The translations under genes and the position numbers were made by a program. Positions 1 through 13,439 of a stretch of 64,000 bases of DNA are shown here, piece by piece (the first letter of the stretch is position 1; the number at the start of each line of letters is the position of its first letter). The stretch lies in contig OX597828.1 in the NCBI GenBank assembly GCA_951406725.2, positions 42,966,001 through 43,030,000 on the forward strand, in the 5' to 3' direction. Under the pieces are notes generated by a model. It did no database searches and was not told the DNA's origin. It saw only the letters and a program-made list of their open reading frames with translations. Source of the stretch: Octopus vulgaris. Taxonomy: Eukaryota.

Positions 1-23
1 CACTATTAGTATCATTACTATTT

Positions 24-320
<297 letters not shown>

Positions 321-919
321 TCATCGCTGTCGCTGTCATTTGCTTTGTTGTAGTTGCTGCCATCATATTGTTGCTGCTCCTGTTATTTATGTCCCCATTC
401 TCGCCACCTCCCAACGTCACCACCATCACCACCCAAATTTGACTATCCTTCATCCTTCTCTTCTTCCTCTTCCCCTTCCTCCCCTCCTCCTCCTCCTCCT
501 TCTCCTCCTCCTCCACAACCAATTAACAATAAGGTTTCGCATCATTGAGTCCTTTTCCTATGTAAGCCTTTACAGGCACTCACCGTCGTCAACACTGCGT
601 AAATTCGGCTCCTACCTCTGCGTACCACCTCTGTTTTTCCCTTTATACTTTTCCCCATCACCTTCCTATTATTTCTCTTCTGCAACTAGATACCCACATT
701 TAATGGGTCCCATTCTGGAGTCAATTCTTTTTCATGTTTTGTTTTGTCGTATTTCTTTGCGTTGTATCATTACTATTCGTTTCATTCAAATCCATTCTCA
801 CAACTAGTCGACATTCTCTTTTGTTGTTTTACATCCTTTTTGTTTCTCTTTACTATTTTTTTCTCACTCTCTCTACACACGTGTCTGTATATGTGTGTGA
901 GTGTATGTGCATAGATCGA

Positions 920-1085
920 TAGCCACTAAACCTTTTTATTTTCTCTCCTTGTTTATTTCTGTGTTTCTTTCTGTTGAAGAGCGTAGGCTCGAAACGTAAA
1001 GGACTTTCTCACTTCCTGAGCGTTAAACCAAAACATCTCTTTGTTGTTTACACACCCTTCTTCTCTTTTTTTGTAAATTCTTACT
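920..1085 (+). mobile_element. Short PLE-end element (family A) with hammerhead motif at ~967-1002
   Basis: ttt CTGTTGAA gagc-gtag-gctc GAAACGTA aag; 3' end runs into TA repeats. Confidence 0.65.
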
Positions 1086-1114
1086 ATATATATGTATAGT
1101 ATATGTATATATGT

Positions 1115-1277
1115 GAGTGTTTACAAAAAAAAAAATGACGAAGACAGGTGAAAAACAACAAACAGATGTATTAGTTTAACGCTTGAGAAGTGAGAAAGTC
1201 TTTTACGTTTCGAGCCTACGCTCTTCGACAGAAAGGAACACAGAAATAAACAGGGAGAGAAAATAAAAAAGGTTTTG
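1115..1277 (-). mobile_element. Short PLE-end element (family A) with hammerhead motif at ~1200-1235
   Basis: Diverged inverted homologue of 920-1085; minus strand ttt CTGTCGAA gagc-gtag-gctc GAAACGTA aaa. Confidence 0.65.
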
Positions 1278-1284
1278 TGTCATT

Positions 1285-1740
1285 ATGATGATCATCATCA
1301 TCGTCGTTGTCGTTTTCGTAGTCATCGCCGTCGTTGTCGGGGTTGTGGCCATCGTCATCATGATCATCATTACCACCACCATCATCATGATCATCATGAT
1401 CATCATGATCATCATCATGATCATCATCATGATCGTCATCATCATCATGATCATCATCATCATGATGATGATGATGATCATCATCATCATGATCATCATC
1501 ATGATCATCATCATCATCATCATCATGATGATGATCATCATCATCATCATGATCATGATCATGATCATCATGATCATCATCATCATCATGATGATCATCA
1601 TGATCATCATGATCATGATCATGATCATGATCATGATCATCATCATGATCATCATCATCATGATCATCATGATCATCATCATCATCATCATCATCATCAT
1701 GATCATCATCATCATCATCGTCGTCGTCGTCGTCATCATT
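1285..1740. repeat. Mixed (CAT)/(GAT) trinucleotide repeat
   Basis: Direct reading. Confidence 0.95.
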
Positions 1741-2142
1741 ACTACGTCTCCGGGCTAGTCGTCTCATTTATTGCCATTAGTGGACACCTGCCTACATAAT
1801 GTCATTTAGTTGTGAGGTTCCACTCGCCCCGCCCATTTCCCTGCTACGCTACCACCCACCACCACCACCACCACCACCACCACCACCAGAACCACCAAAC
1901 AGCATCACCGCCGCCGCCACCAACAACAACACCAGTGAAGTCACGTGTTTCTGAATGGATGATAGTTGTACCACACAGACGTTTGCTTGTTTATGTTTAT
2001 CTAACCGTGACCTTATAGTCATTATACACACCACGACAAGAGAGAAGGGCACATACATACATACACAAAAACACGCACACACACACTCACACACATACAC
2101 ACACACACATGCACACTGCTATCTAACTATCTATCTATCTAT

Positions 2143-2289
2143 TCCTCTTTCTCTCCTTTTACGATCCCTGTTGATCGAAACTCCCCCTTCCTTTTTTTTT
2201 TTTTTTTTTTTTTAAACCTTCAAAAGAAAAGCTCTACCTTGTAATTTGTTCTATCTGTGTGCAGCCCTGTGTGGCTAATAAAGAAACAT
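2143..2289 (+). mobile_element. Extreme 3'-end copy of the same Tx1-like LINE
   Basis: Near-identical to 4661-4808; flanked by TATC repeats. Confidence 0.85.
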
Positions 2290-2316
2290 ATCTATTTATC
2301 TATCTATCTATCAGTC

Positions 2317-2387
<71 letters not shown>

Positions 2388-2557
2388 ATACACCCACACA
2401 AGCACATTGATGTACATATATATATGTCATACTTTCACACTCTCTCACGCATACACACGGACATATACGCATTGATCACCACTCTTAAAGATACATTGTA
2501 TATATGAATGTATGTATGTATATACACATACAGATATATACACACACACACACACAC

Positions 2558-2600
<43 letters not shown>

Positions 2601-2655
2601 CAGATATATGTATATATACATATATACATAGATACATATATATATGTGTGTATTT

Positions 2656-2721
<66 letters not shown>

Positions 2722-3491
2722 TTATGTATATGTATATAGAGATATACTTATACATGTATATACAAACATACAAACATCTGTATATATATATGTGTGTGTA
2801 TAATATATATAGAGAGAGAGGAAGAGAGAGATAGAGGGTGAGAAAGAGAAAGAGGGATTATGCACATACATACAAATATACATACATATATACATACATA
2901 TATACATACAAACACACGTATACATGCATAGACAGTGTGGCCACACGTGTAAACCCTATCGCTCTAAACCAGTTTCTCCTACAGATATGGGTCACATACT
3001 CTTCATTTACGCACACACACGTGCTCTCATGCGCGCACACACACATACACGCACAGACATACACACATACACACACTCATAGAGCTACAAAGCCATACAA
3101 ACTGTTGTGTATGTGTATTTTTCCGTGTGTATATACCAGAACAGTCCTGAGGACACACAAGAATGCATATGTATATATTCCTCAATGTATGTATGTATGT
3201 ATGTATGTATGTATGTATGTATGTATGTATGTATGTATGTATGTATGTATGTATGTATACATGTATGTATGTATGTATGTATGTATGTATGTATGTATGT
3301 ATGTATGTATGAATGTATGTATGTATGTATGTATGTATGTATGAATGAATGCGTGTATGTGTGTATGTATGTATGTATGTATGCATGTATGTATATATGA
3401 ATGTATGTATGTATGTATGAATGAATGCGTGTATGTGTGTCCGTCCGTCTGTCTTTCTTTGTCTGTTTGTCAATCTATCTACCTCTCTCTT

Positions 3492-3567
<76 letters not shown>

Positions 3568-3585
3568 ACTATCTATCTATCTATT

Positions 3586-4807
3586 TGGCTCTATGTAGAC
3601 GACGGTGAACAGGTGTGGTCGCCGTTTGTGAGGCACGCTTTCCCGCAGCTCGTCTCCATGACCGAACTGCAGTCGTGGATCAAAAAGAGGCCGAGGAAGG
3701 GCGAATGGCACCGCGAGTGTCGCGTTGCTCTCAAGCAACTCTGCCGTCCTGGGTCGACCTTGAGTGACTTCAACACAACCAACGCATTCTATAGGGGTTT
3801 AGTGGAGGGGAGGTACGACGACGAGCTCGGGGCGAACCTGGACGTCGACGAGGAGTACCTGACCCGCCTGTTCAGGACGACTTTCGGGCCAGGGCCCATG
3901 GACAACTTCCAGAGATCCCTGGCCTGGCAGTGCTACCGAGAAGCGCTACCCGTTCGGGATAAGCTCTACAGACACGGCTCGAGAAACACGGGGCCGACCT
4001 GCCCGAGATGCGGTCAGAGCGACGAAACCGTTCTGCACGCACTCGTGCAGTGTCCAACAATTTCCGACCTGTGGGCTTATGTCGAACAACTGCTGTCACG
4101 TGTGGGACGAGTCGGTTTATCAGCTGAGTCTATCGTCAATATTGTCACGCCTCCTTCCTTCAAACGGGAAGGAAGAGCTATTTTCATCATCCTTGTGGCT
4201 ATGGTGAAAGAATGTATCTGGTGGACGCGTCTGAAAGGATTGGAGACAAACACTTTCCTCTCTGGTCAATCTCTCATCAACTTCTTCAAGTACCACTTGA
4301 AAAGGAAAGTGAGAGTAGAGAGGCAAGTTTTGTCTAGCGAATGTTTTAAAAAAAGATGGGTGAATGTAGCAAGAATGGCACGTATGAATGACGAAGCCAC
4401 CTTGAGCATAATCCTATGAACCCAGAAATTGAAAACAGAGAGTTGCTTATTCACAAAAAAAAAAAAAAAAAAAAAGAAATATAACATGTGACTTCATTGA
4501 CCGAGGTTACCGTGGTCTTTTCCGTAGGCTTTTCTTTCCACGGGTAAACCTCACCTGTCCTCCCCTTTACACTTCATATTGACATTTCTGTGATAACGAT
4601 CCCTATTGATCAAATTTTTTTTTTCTTCTCCCCCTTTTTTTTAACCCCCTCTTTTTTTTGTCCTCTTTCTCTCCTTTTACGATCCCTTTTGATCGAAACT
4701 CCCCCCTTCCTTTTTTCTTTTTTTTTTTTTTTAAACCTTCAAAAGAAAAGCTCTACCTTGTAATTTGTTCTATCTGTGTGCAGCCCTGTGTGGCTAATAA
4801 AGAAACA

Positions 4808-4808
<1 letters not shown>
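3586..4808 (+). mobile_element. 5'-truncated Tx1/L1-like LINE (ORF2 C-terminus with zf-RVT-type zinc finger + 3' UTR)
   Basis: AWQCYREALPVRDKLYRHG..CPRCGQSDETVLHALVQCP..W motif, open to the stop at 4419; (TATC)n on both sides. Confidence 0.85.
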
Positions 4809-4885
<77 letters not shown>

Positions 4886-5009
4886 CCTGTCCACTACCTC
4901 TCTTTGCCTCACGTTTATTCCTGATGTCTATTAATACCTCTCCATGTATTTTATTTTCCTGGCTATCTCTGTTTAGAATCTATATATGTGTATGTACTTC
5001 CTTGTTTAA

Positions 5010-5883
5010 TTACAAGTGGCACTCCGGAATTTTTCAGACTTTTTCAGGAGAGACGTTTATCGATGTAAAACAAATACGATACACTAGTCTTCTTCAAAAT
5101 GGGGCCCTTTGACGTGAATGTACTTGTTTCAATGTCCCAGCCACTTCATGAAGGCTTCGTGGATGTCCACCAAAATGAAGGTTTCTAGGGCTCTAGTCAA
5201 AGCCTACTTCATCTTCAAAATAGTTGCCTCTGAGGTTCGCCTTCAGCTTGAGGAGTAACCAAAAGTCACAGAAAGTGAGATGTGCACTTTTAGGAAGGTG
5301 AGGGGCAGTTTTGATGTCCTGCTCCATAAACCAGTTGTTTATCAGCATGCTTTCATTGAGCCCTCTGGAAACAGACCTGGCATGAATTTTGCGCTGGTTC
5401 TGCTCTTCACGAATAATACTCTGTACAGTAGTCACACCAACACCAAATTGTATGCCTGTTGTCTTTATGGACATACGATAGCCCTCATCCAGAAAATTAC
5501 GAGTTTTCTCAACCGTTTCTGTTGATTTGACGCCCCTCTCTCCCATACTGCCTCTCTACCGTCCTCGAACCACTAGTACTAGCGATAAAAGTTAATCCAT
5601 GAGCCGTCTGGATCTTTTCATAAGATTCTGTAGCGTTTCTGGTCAGTTTAACACAAAGCTTAATTGCATAGCGAACTTCCAATCGTCCCGATAAACATTC
5701 TGAAAACTAGTCAGTCGTAGGAAGTGTTCAAAGATCTGTTACAGCCGTTTGCTTCGGTCTGGAATATCACAAGTCGGCAGGTCAGCTAATAATAATGATG
5801 TATGCTAAAATTACAATAATCTAGAATAATTATAATTGTTTCTCCTAATAAAGTCTCACAACTTCTGGAATTGACCTCGCATA
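5010..5883 (-). mobile_element. Degenerate mariner transposon with internal deletions
   Basis: PHLPKSAHLTFCDFWLLLKLK (HPPYSPDLAPCDF motif), ARSVSRGL (WVP-like), HTH region; weak terminal inverted repeats. Confidence 0.75.
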
Positions 5884-6263
5884 ATCCCTCTATCTACCTG
5901 TTTCATGGATTCATTCAGTACTTTTAGCTAATTTATTTGGAGAAAATAAGTGCCTAGAAACAACAATTATTCTATCTTGAAACACTGAAATATTCACTAA
6001 CAATATAGACTGCTTTTCCTACACGTTTACGTAAAATAAAAGATTGATGTTCAAAGTGCTCTTACAACAGTCTCCATCAATCTGGAATAACAATAGTTGC
6101 CAGACCAGTTTATTGTATGGATAGTATAATATAAAAGAAGTCACAACTGCTAGCTACTACTAAAAAAAAAATCAGTCTCACAACTTCTGGAATGCTCTTC
6201 GTAGAATCCGTTTATCTTTACGTTTGATAGTTTCGTTCAGTAATTCTGGCGAATATACTACTA

Positions 6264-6318
<55 letters not shown>

Positions 6319-6333
6319 CACCACCACCACCAA

Positions 6334-6375
<42 letters not shown>

Positions 6376-6430
6376 AACCACCACCACCACCACCACCACC
6401 ACCACCACCACCACCACCACCACCACCACC

Positions 6431-6484
<54 letters not shown>

Positions 6485-6825
6485 GATATCATTACCGTCA
6501 CATGCACACATTCAACGTACGAACGATGCCAGTTTTAAAATATTTCTTTGCTCGAACAATCGCTTCCTACATAAAATTTCAAAAAATTCATAATTACAGA
6601 AGAAAAAGAATAACCATCACTGCCAGTTCTAGTTGAATAAACCTCGTGGGCATGCGTACAGTTGATTATGTAAACCAAGTTCCGGTTTGTGTATAAATTT
6701 TCGTCTTTCATACAATGTCTTTTCTCTTATATGTGTGTGTGTGTGTGTGTGTATTTGTATTCACTTTTTCAAATATATCTATATCTATATCTATATTTAT
6801 ATCTATATCTATATATCTACATCCA

Positions 6826-6971
<146 letters not shown>

Positions 6972-7562
6972 TACAAACACAGACATATGTATATGTACAT
7001 GCATACACCCACATACATATATATATTTCCATTTTTACTTACTCTCAGCTATTTTCCAACATCGCCACCCTTAATGCACTCAACTATCATTATTGTAGTT
7101 TATCCAAATCTTAATTTCATTCTCCGTTTATTTTAAACTTTTGTGCTTATTTTGTTCGTAGTATCATAATTCTTTACCGCCATTTTGTTTATTCAGAAAG
7201 TAAGTGCTATAGTTAGAAATACCCCTTCATACTCATAAATATACATAGATAAAAATACCACACGTTACACTAAGAGCGTCTTCGGTGTTATCCACTCCCT
7301 CAAGTCATACACACATACATATTTATAATATTCAAATAAATGCCCAAATTTTGGTTAAATTATATTTGTCTATTTTACGTTAGTTTATCTATTTCTCGTC
7401 TCCAAACCAATTTATTTCTTTATTTTTATATTTCATTTTATTTATTTATTTATTTATCGATATTTGCTGCTTTTGCTCATTGCATTCAATGGGAGAAACA
7501 TTCAGCATTTTTTCAACAACTTCACGTTTTACTACTGATACTTACTTAATAATATCATCAAT

Positions 7563-7985
7563 AGGCGCAGGAGTGGCTGTGTGGTAAGTAGCTTGCTAAC
7601 CAACCACATAGTTCCGGGTTCAGTCTCACTGCGGGGCACCTTGGGCAAGTGTCTTCTGCTATAGCCCCGGGCCGACCAATGTCTTGTGAGTGGATTTGGT
7701 CGACGGAAACTGAAAGAAACCCGTCGTATATATGTATATATATGTATGTGTGTGTGCGTGTATGTTTGTGTGTTTGTGTTTGTCCCCCTAGCATTGCTTG
7801 ACAACCGATGCTGGTGTGCTTACGTCCCCGTTACTTAGCGGTTCGGCAAAAGAGCACGATAGAATAAGTACTGGGCTTACAAAAGAATAAGTCCCGGGGT
7901 TGAGTTGCTCGATTAAAGGCGGTGCTCCAGCATGGCCGCAGTCAAATGACTGAAACAAGGAAAAGAGTAAAAGAGTAAAAAGAGA
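7563..7985 (+). mobile_element. tRNA-derived SINE family 1, full length, with internal (TA)/(TG) tract
   Basis: A box (tggctgtgtggtaag) and B box (ggttcagtc); gagtaaaa-repeat tail; many copies in the window. Confidence 0.85.
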
Positions 7986-8399
7986 GTAACAAACTACCAG
8001 TCAATAAAAAAAAAGAAAGAAAAAAAGAAAGAAGAGCCTTTCTGCGGTTGCTTCGAACGCTAAGAAATAAAATCCAAATTTCTCACAGCTCACACCCAAT
8101 CACCACTAAATTAGCTAGCACTCATCAGAAAATGTAGTCCTTGATTTTTGATAACGCCAAGTCTGAAAAAAAAGACAGCAACCACGACATTTTTCATGGC
8201 TTCGAAAGGTCGTGGGGCTGGAGACAAATTTCTTTCGGTCGAAGACCTGACACAAATGATCGTATCACGGTGGACTTGAGAACAGTTTTAAGATTGAATA
8301 AAAGACGCGATGGTCATGGATAGGTGGAATATATCTGTTGAGTAGTCAGTTGAATTGGTTTTGACAATTCAAGAATTTCGGTATTAGTCTGCGATCTGA

Positions 8400-9378
8400 C
8401 AATGTTGATAGCCCTATCAAATCCCTAATTGGTAGAACATACCCATTTAGTAGAACCCCCTGTACGGATAGGAACTGTAGTGAGTATAGATATAGCTCAC
8501 AAACAAACTGTAGAACTAAAAATGTAGTCTATAGTATAAGATGTATAGAGGGACGATACAGTAACAAGACAACGACATACGTAGGGGAAACAGCACGGTG
8601 CATAGGAGAGCGGGTAAATGAACATTTGAGAGAACTTAAGGAAGAAAAGAGTTCATCGATTCTGTACCAACACGCCGAACAAGAACACGGAGTCTCACTC
8701 AACAACATAGAAGTTAAAATCTTGTCCACACATAGAACAAACGCAACAATCAAATTACGGAAGCTACACACATAATAGAAGATAAACCTAGCCTGAATAA
8801 GAAACTGGAATGGAACACTAGCACACGCCCCAACACACCACAGCATATGACAGAAGAAGATCCCCATAAACTGGTAACAATATAAACAAAACGAAAAACA
8901 TAATAAAATACATAGATAAATAAATAAATGGAAGTAAATAACTATATACATTAAAAAAAATTAACTAAATACAAAAAAAATAATAAGTAGGTGTAAACAC
9001 ACGAACAAAATAAAAATAAACAAAAACAAATTACACGAACGTGCATAAAGAGGAGTTACAAATATTAGAGGCACTCCCCACCACTGACTAAAAATAGACA
9101 CACATAGAGGTATACGCATGCGCAAATGAAGACACATACAATAGGAATACAAAATACAAAATGGCTGACCGTTAGTAAGGAGAGACACACAAATAAGAAA
9201 GAAGAAAGCAAAGGACCACTGATGAGGTCACAGTAGTGTGACGAAAGAACTCTGGCCGAAATAAGATTAAGATTAATGTAAAAAATAAATAACGCTGAAG
9301 CAAATTAACACCAAATATAGAGTGCGTGTGTTTTTATTGGCTAAACTGCCAAAATGACCATTCCTAAATACAACAACA

Positions 9379-9380
<2 letters not shown>
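8400..9380 (+). mobile_element. Older, degenerate 5'-truncated copy of the same PLE family (GIY-YIG region + 3' UTR)
   Basis: Clear similarity to ~30940-32051 (e.g. gtctatagtataagatgtatagagggac, tcatcgattctgtaccaacacgccgaacaagaacacgg, ttggctaaactg), with frameshifts. Ends in (TA)n. Confidence 0.9.
9213..9257 (+). ncRNA. Minimal type-I hammerhead ribozyme (PLE pLTR)
   Basis: cca CTGATGA g gtcaca-gtag-tgtgac GAAAG aa CTC tgg. Confidence 0.75.
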
Positions 9381-9429
<49 letters not shown>

Positions 9430-9433
<4 letters not shown>

Positions 9434-9610
9434 GAAGAAAAACACAACGCATGGACGTGGTACATGCAAAGTATTAGCAGACGCTCAGGGAAGGAAAGAA
9501 AAGGAGTTTTACGTTTCGAGTAAAGCACTTCTTCAGAAACAGGAGACAGAGGGGAGTCCAAGAGAAAAAGGAAAACGAAGGAAAATAATTGCCAACGATC
9601 CACATGTGGT

Positions 9611-9612
<2 letters not shown>
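9430..9612 (-). mobile_element. Short PLE-end element (family B) with hammerhead motif at 9506-9540
   Basis: Minus strand gttt CTGAAGAA gtgc-ttt-actc GAAACGTA aaac (stem I gttt/aaac, palindromic ACGT helix III); (TA)n on both sides. Confidence 0.65.
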
Positions 9613-9679
<67 letters not shown>

Positions 9680-10059
9680 TATGTATATATGTAAATAAAG
9701 ATGCAGACGATGTGTATAGACTTATATATAAGGAATTACCATTTTTGTGAAACCAGAGGAAGGATACTAATCTGCTCTATTAGACGAACCTGTACACATA
9801 AATGCACAAACAGACACACACATTCACAGAGTCTATCTCCCCCTGTCTCTTTCTCCCTGTAACTGCCTCTCTCTAACATTCGCTCGCGTTGCACACACGC
9901 GCGTATACACATACACACTCAGACGCCTTCAATATGAAGAAATGTCTTCAAGAATTCCGAAATATATTTCATTTCCATGTTGTCTTATCAAGTTTATTAA
10001 AATATTAAATTGTAATCTCTTGTTTGCTCCTTGCGATGTTAATTATTTCAATATGACAC

Positions 10060-10090
<31 letters not shown>

Positions 10091-10094
10091 ATAC

Positions 10095-10153
<59 letters not shown>

Positions 10154-10194
10154 CACTCACTCATACACACACACATGTAAATATATTCTTATTT

Positions 10195-10380
10195 TTTATT
10201 CTTTTTATTTGTTTCAGTCATATAGTCGTACAAATCGACCCCAGGACTTATTCTTTGTAAGCCTAGCACTTATTCTATCGGTCTTTTTTGCCGAACCGCT
10301 AAGTTACGGGGACGTAAACATCGGTTGTCAAGTGATGGTGGGGGTGGGGACAAACACATACACAAACATATACAAACACA
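10195..10380 (-). mobile_element. SINE family 1, 3' half
   Basis: Reverse-complement homology. Confidence 0.75.
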
Positions 10381-10384
10381 TATG

Positions 10385-10427
<43 letters not shown>

Positions 10428-10473
10428 GCATATATTATATATATATATATATGAGTGTGTGTGTATTGTGTAC

Positions 10474-10514
<41 letters not shown>

Positions 10515-10667
10515 TGATCTACTTCTAGCATACGGCTGATCACTTAGTGGTTTTTTAGCTCTTTAAATATACACATGTATTAGAATTTTCTCTGATTTTT
10601 CAGAATTTTGTATGCTAGGCTACTGCTTTTAAATTGATATTAATTAGATATTCAATTTATCTCCCTC

Positions 10668-10706
<39 letters not shown>

Positions 10707-10714
<8 letters not shown>

Positions 10715-10853
10715 ATATTTCGGAATGGTCATATTGCCAGTTTAGCCAATAAAAACACACGCACTATATATTTGGTGTTATTCCGAAATATAACAATATC
10801 TGTTTCAACACACGACTTCACATAAAAAATCTTGCACAACAAATATTTAAACG

Positions 10854-10855
<2 letters not shown>
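10707..10855. mobile_element. 149-bp miniature of the young PLE (inverted pLTR end + forward tail) in (TA)n
   Basis: 10707-10782 is the reverse complement of 31976-32051, and 10780-10855 matches 32032-32107. ATT microhomology at the junction; (TA)n on both sides. Confidence 0.9.
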
Positions 10856-10887
<32 letters not shown>

Positions 10888-10897
10888 CATATATATA

Positions 10898-11258
10898 CAC
10901 TACCGTCAGAAATTAATTAGCACCCTCAAGGTATGTGCTGTCACCTAGTGGCCATATCTCGAACTATTGCTTTGTTGCGAGTTCACTGTTGCGCAGAACG
11001 ATGACGTAACTTTGTTTGCAGAGCAGTTTGAGAGTCTACAGCCTTATGATGTTGACATAGCAGTGCAACAAATTGGAGTGCGGATGCAGACAAATCTTCC
11101 TTTGTTTAATAGATATAGGTAGCGCCTCGCAAGGACCGAAATCACACCATACTAAGTGTTCTCATCGCGTAAGACGTTTTGAACAGCTCATAGGTTAATT
11201 GATTTAACCTATTTAATGTAGAAATTTGAGAAGTGCTAATTAATTTCTGACGCAAGTG
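10898..11258. mobile_element. Tc1/mariner-type MITE
   Basis: ~26-bp TIRs cactaccgtcagaaattaattagcac / gtgctaattaatttctgacgcaagtg with TA on both sides. Confidence 0.8.
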
Positions 11259-11383
11259 TATATGTAATTACACATACTTAGATACATGACTTAAAAATTT
11301 TAAGCAGTTCAAATGATGTCCATATCAATGTCACATACTGTGTTTGGTCCTTGCTCTCATTGGAGTATATTACATGCATGCGC

Positions 11384-12045
11384 AGGCGTGGCTGTGTGGC
11401 AAGAAGCTTGCTTTCCAACCACATGGTTACGAGTTCAGTTTCACTGCGTGGCACCTTGGGCAAGTGTCTTCTACTACAGTCTCGAGCCTACCAAAGCCTT
11501 GTGAGTGGATTTAATTGACGGGAACTGAAAGAAGCCCGTCGTATTAATGTATTTATATACGTATATGTACGTGTGTCTGTGTTTGATCCCTCATAATCGC
11601 TTGAGAACCGCTGGTTTGTTTACGATCCTGTGACTTAGCGGTTCGGCAAAAGAGAACGATAGAATAAGCTCTAGGCTTACGAAGGATAAGTCATGGTGTC
11701 GATTTGTTCGACTAAAGGCGATGCACCACGATGGCCACAGTCAGTTTACTGAAACAAGTAAAAGAATAAAATATACGTGTGACTGTGTGTGTGTGTGTGT
11801 TTGTGTGTGTTTGTGTGTGTGTTTGTGTCTTTGCGTGTGTATGTTCTACCATAACAGCTTGTCAACCGGTATTGGTGTGTTTGCGTCCCCGCAACTTGGC
11901 AGTTCGGTAAAAGAGTCCGATAAGATAAATGCTTGGCTTAACAAAAAAAAAAGTCCTGGGGTCGATTTGCTCGATTAAAACTTTTGAAGGGGGTGCTCCA
12001 GCATGGCCACAAGTACAAAGGAGTAAAAGAATAAAAGAATAAAGA
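11384..12045 (+). mobile_element. SINE family 1 copy plus a second 3'-half copy
   Basis: Homology to 7563-7985. Confidence 0.8.
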
Positions 12046-12489
12046 ATAAATGTATACATACACATACATACATACACGCACATTCACCAACACGCGCACA
12101 CACACATATAATTGCATGTGTGTGTGTGTATGTATATTTTGTAGCTTCCTTTTGTTCTTTAGCTTTTCATGCAAAACGTGGTACCAGATATTTTTGAGAT
12201 ATTTTTGATCCTTATGCCCTAATTTAGGTATCGAGTTGTAATTAGATTAACCGCGCAAATGTATGTTAGATTGTCAAAAATATGATTCCTTTAAAATTTG
12301 AATAATCTCAGACACCAGATTACTTTTATTTCGAATACAATTAATAACACGTACATTTCAAGTGGTTAACTAACTTATTGTTACGTTGCTAGTCACTCGT
12401 TTCGTAACCAGTTGAAATGAGCGAATCATCAAATGCATGGAAAATACCATTGATTGGTTTATACTATCAAAGTGCATTCATACACACAG

Positions 12490-12565
<76 letters not shown>

Positions 12566-12570
12566 AAACA

Positions 12571-12620
<50 letters not shown>

Positions 12621-12753
12621 CTCATACACACACAGACACACAGAAACAGACAGATAGACACACACACAAAAAGCCACCAGTAACATGTTAATTTAATCAA
12701 TAAATCCTTAACGCGTAATGAAAACTATGTTTACACACACACAGACACACACA

Positions 12754-12833
<80 letters not shown>

Positions 12834-12949
12834 TAAGCAAGAATGAAAAAACAAAACACGTGGTATCAATTTAGAGCTTGTAATTCATAATTCTAACATA
12901 ATTACAGAGTTGATAGAGTAAATGAAAGATTAAGAAGTTGTGAATAATG

Positions 12950-13043
12950 TCTCTTACAGCCGTTTCTAAAGTACTATGCATATGGAGTATATCTCATTGG
13001 GCAAATATTTCCGTATAAAAGCCAGCTATACCATCTTTAGAGA
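12950..13043 (-). ncRNA. Degenerate hammerhead-like motif with long stem-II insert (PLE end, ~12835-13080)
   Basis: Minus strand tct CTAAAGA ... GAAAC ggct GTA aga; the element abuts (TA)n. Confidence 0.4.
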
Positions 13044-13153
13044 AAAGAAAAATTAAGGAATGTCCAATGGAGGATATTAGTAGTCACCAGAATATCCTTT
13101 ATTAATTCATCTATTTCTCTGTCTGTCTGTCTGGCTATCTATATATCTATCTA

Positions 13154-13249
<96 letters not shown>

Positions 13250-13345
13250 TTTGTCCGTCTGTCTGTCTTTTTGTCTGATTGTCTGTTGGTGTCTCCTTAT
13301 TTTTTTATTCGTTCGTCTGTCTCTTTATCTATTTGTCTGCCTGTC

Positions 13346-13438
<93 letters not shown>

Positions 13439-13439
13439 T

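Noticed and set aside
1203-1799. His/Asp-rich and Met/Ile-rich ORFs
   Set aside because: Translations of a trinucleotide repeat open in several frames on both strands; no splice or domain evidence
3421-3590. N-terminal part of the 332-aa ORF
   Set aside because: Derived from (TATC)n read-through; only the part from ~3586 onward is LINE-derived
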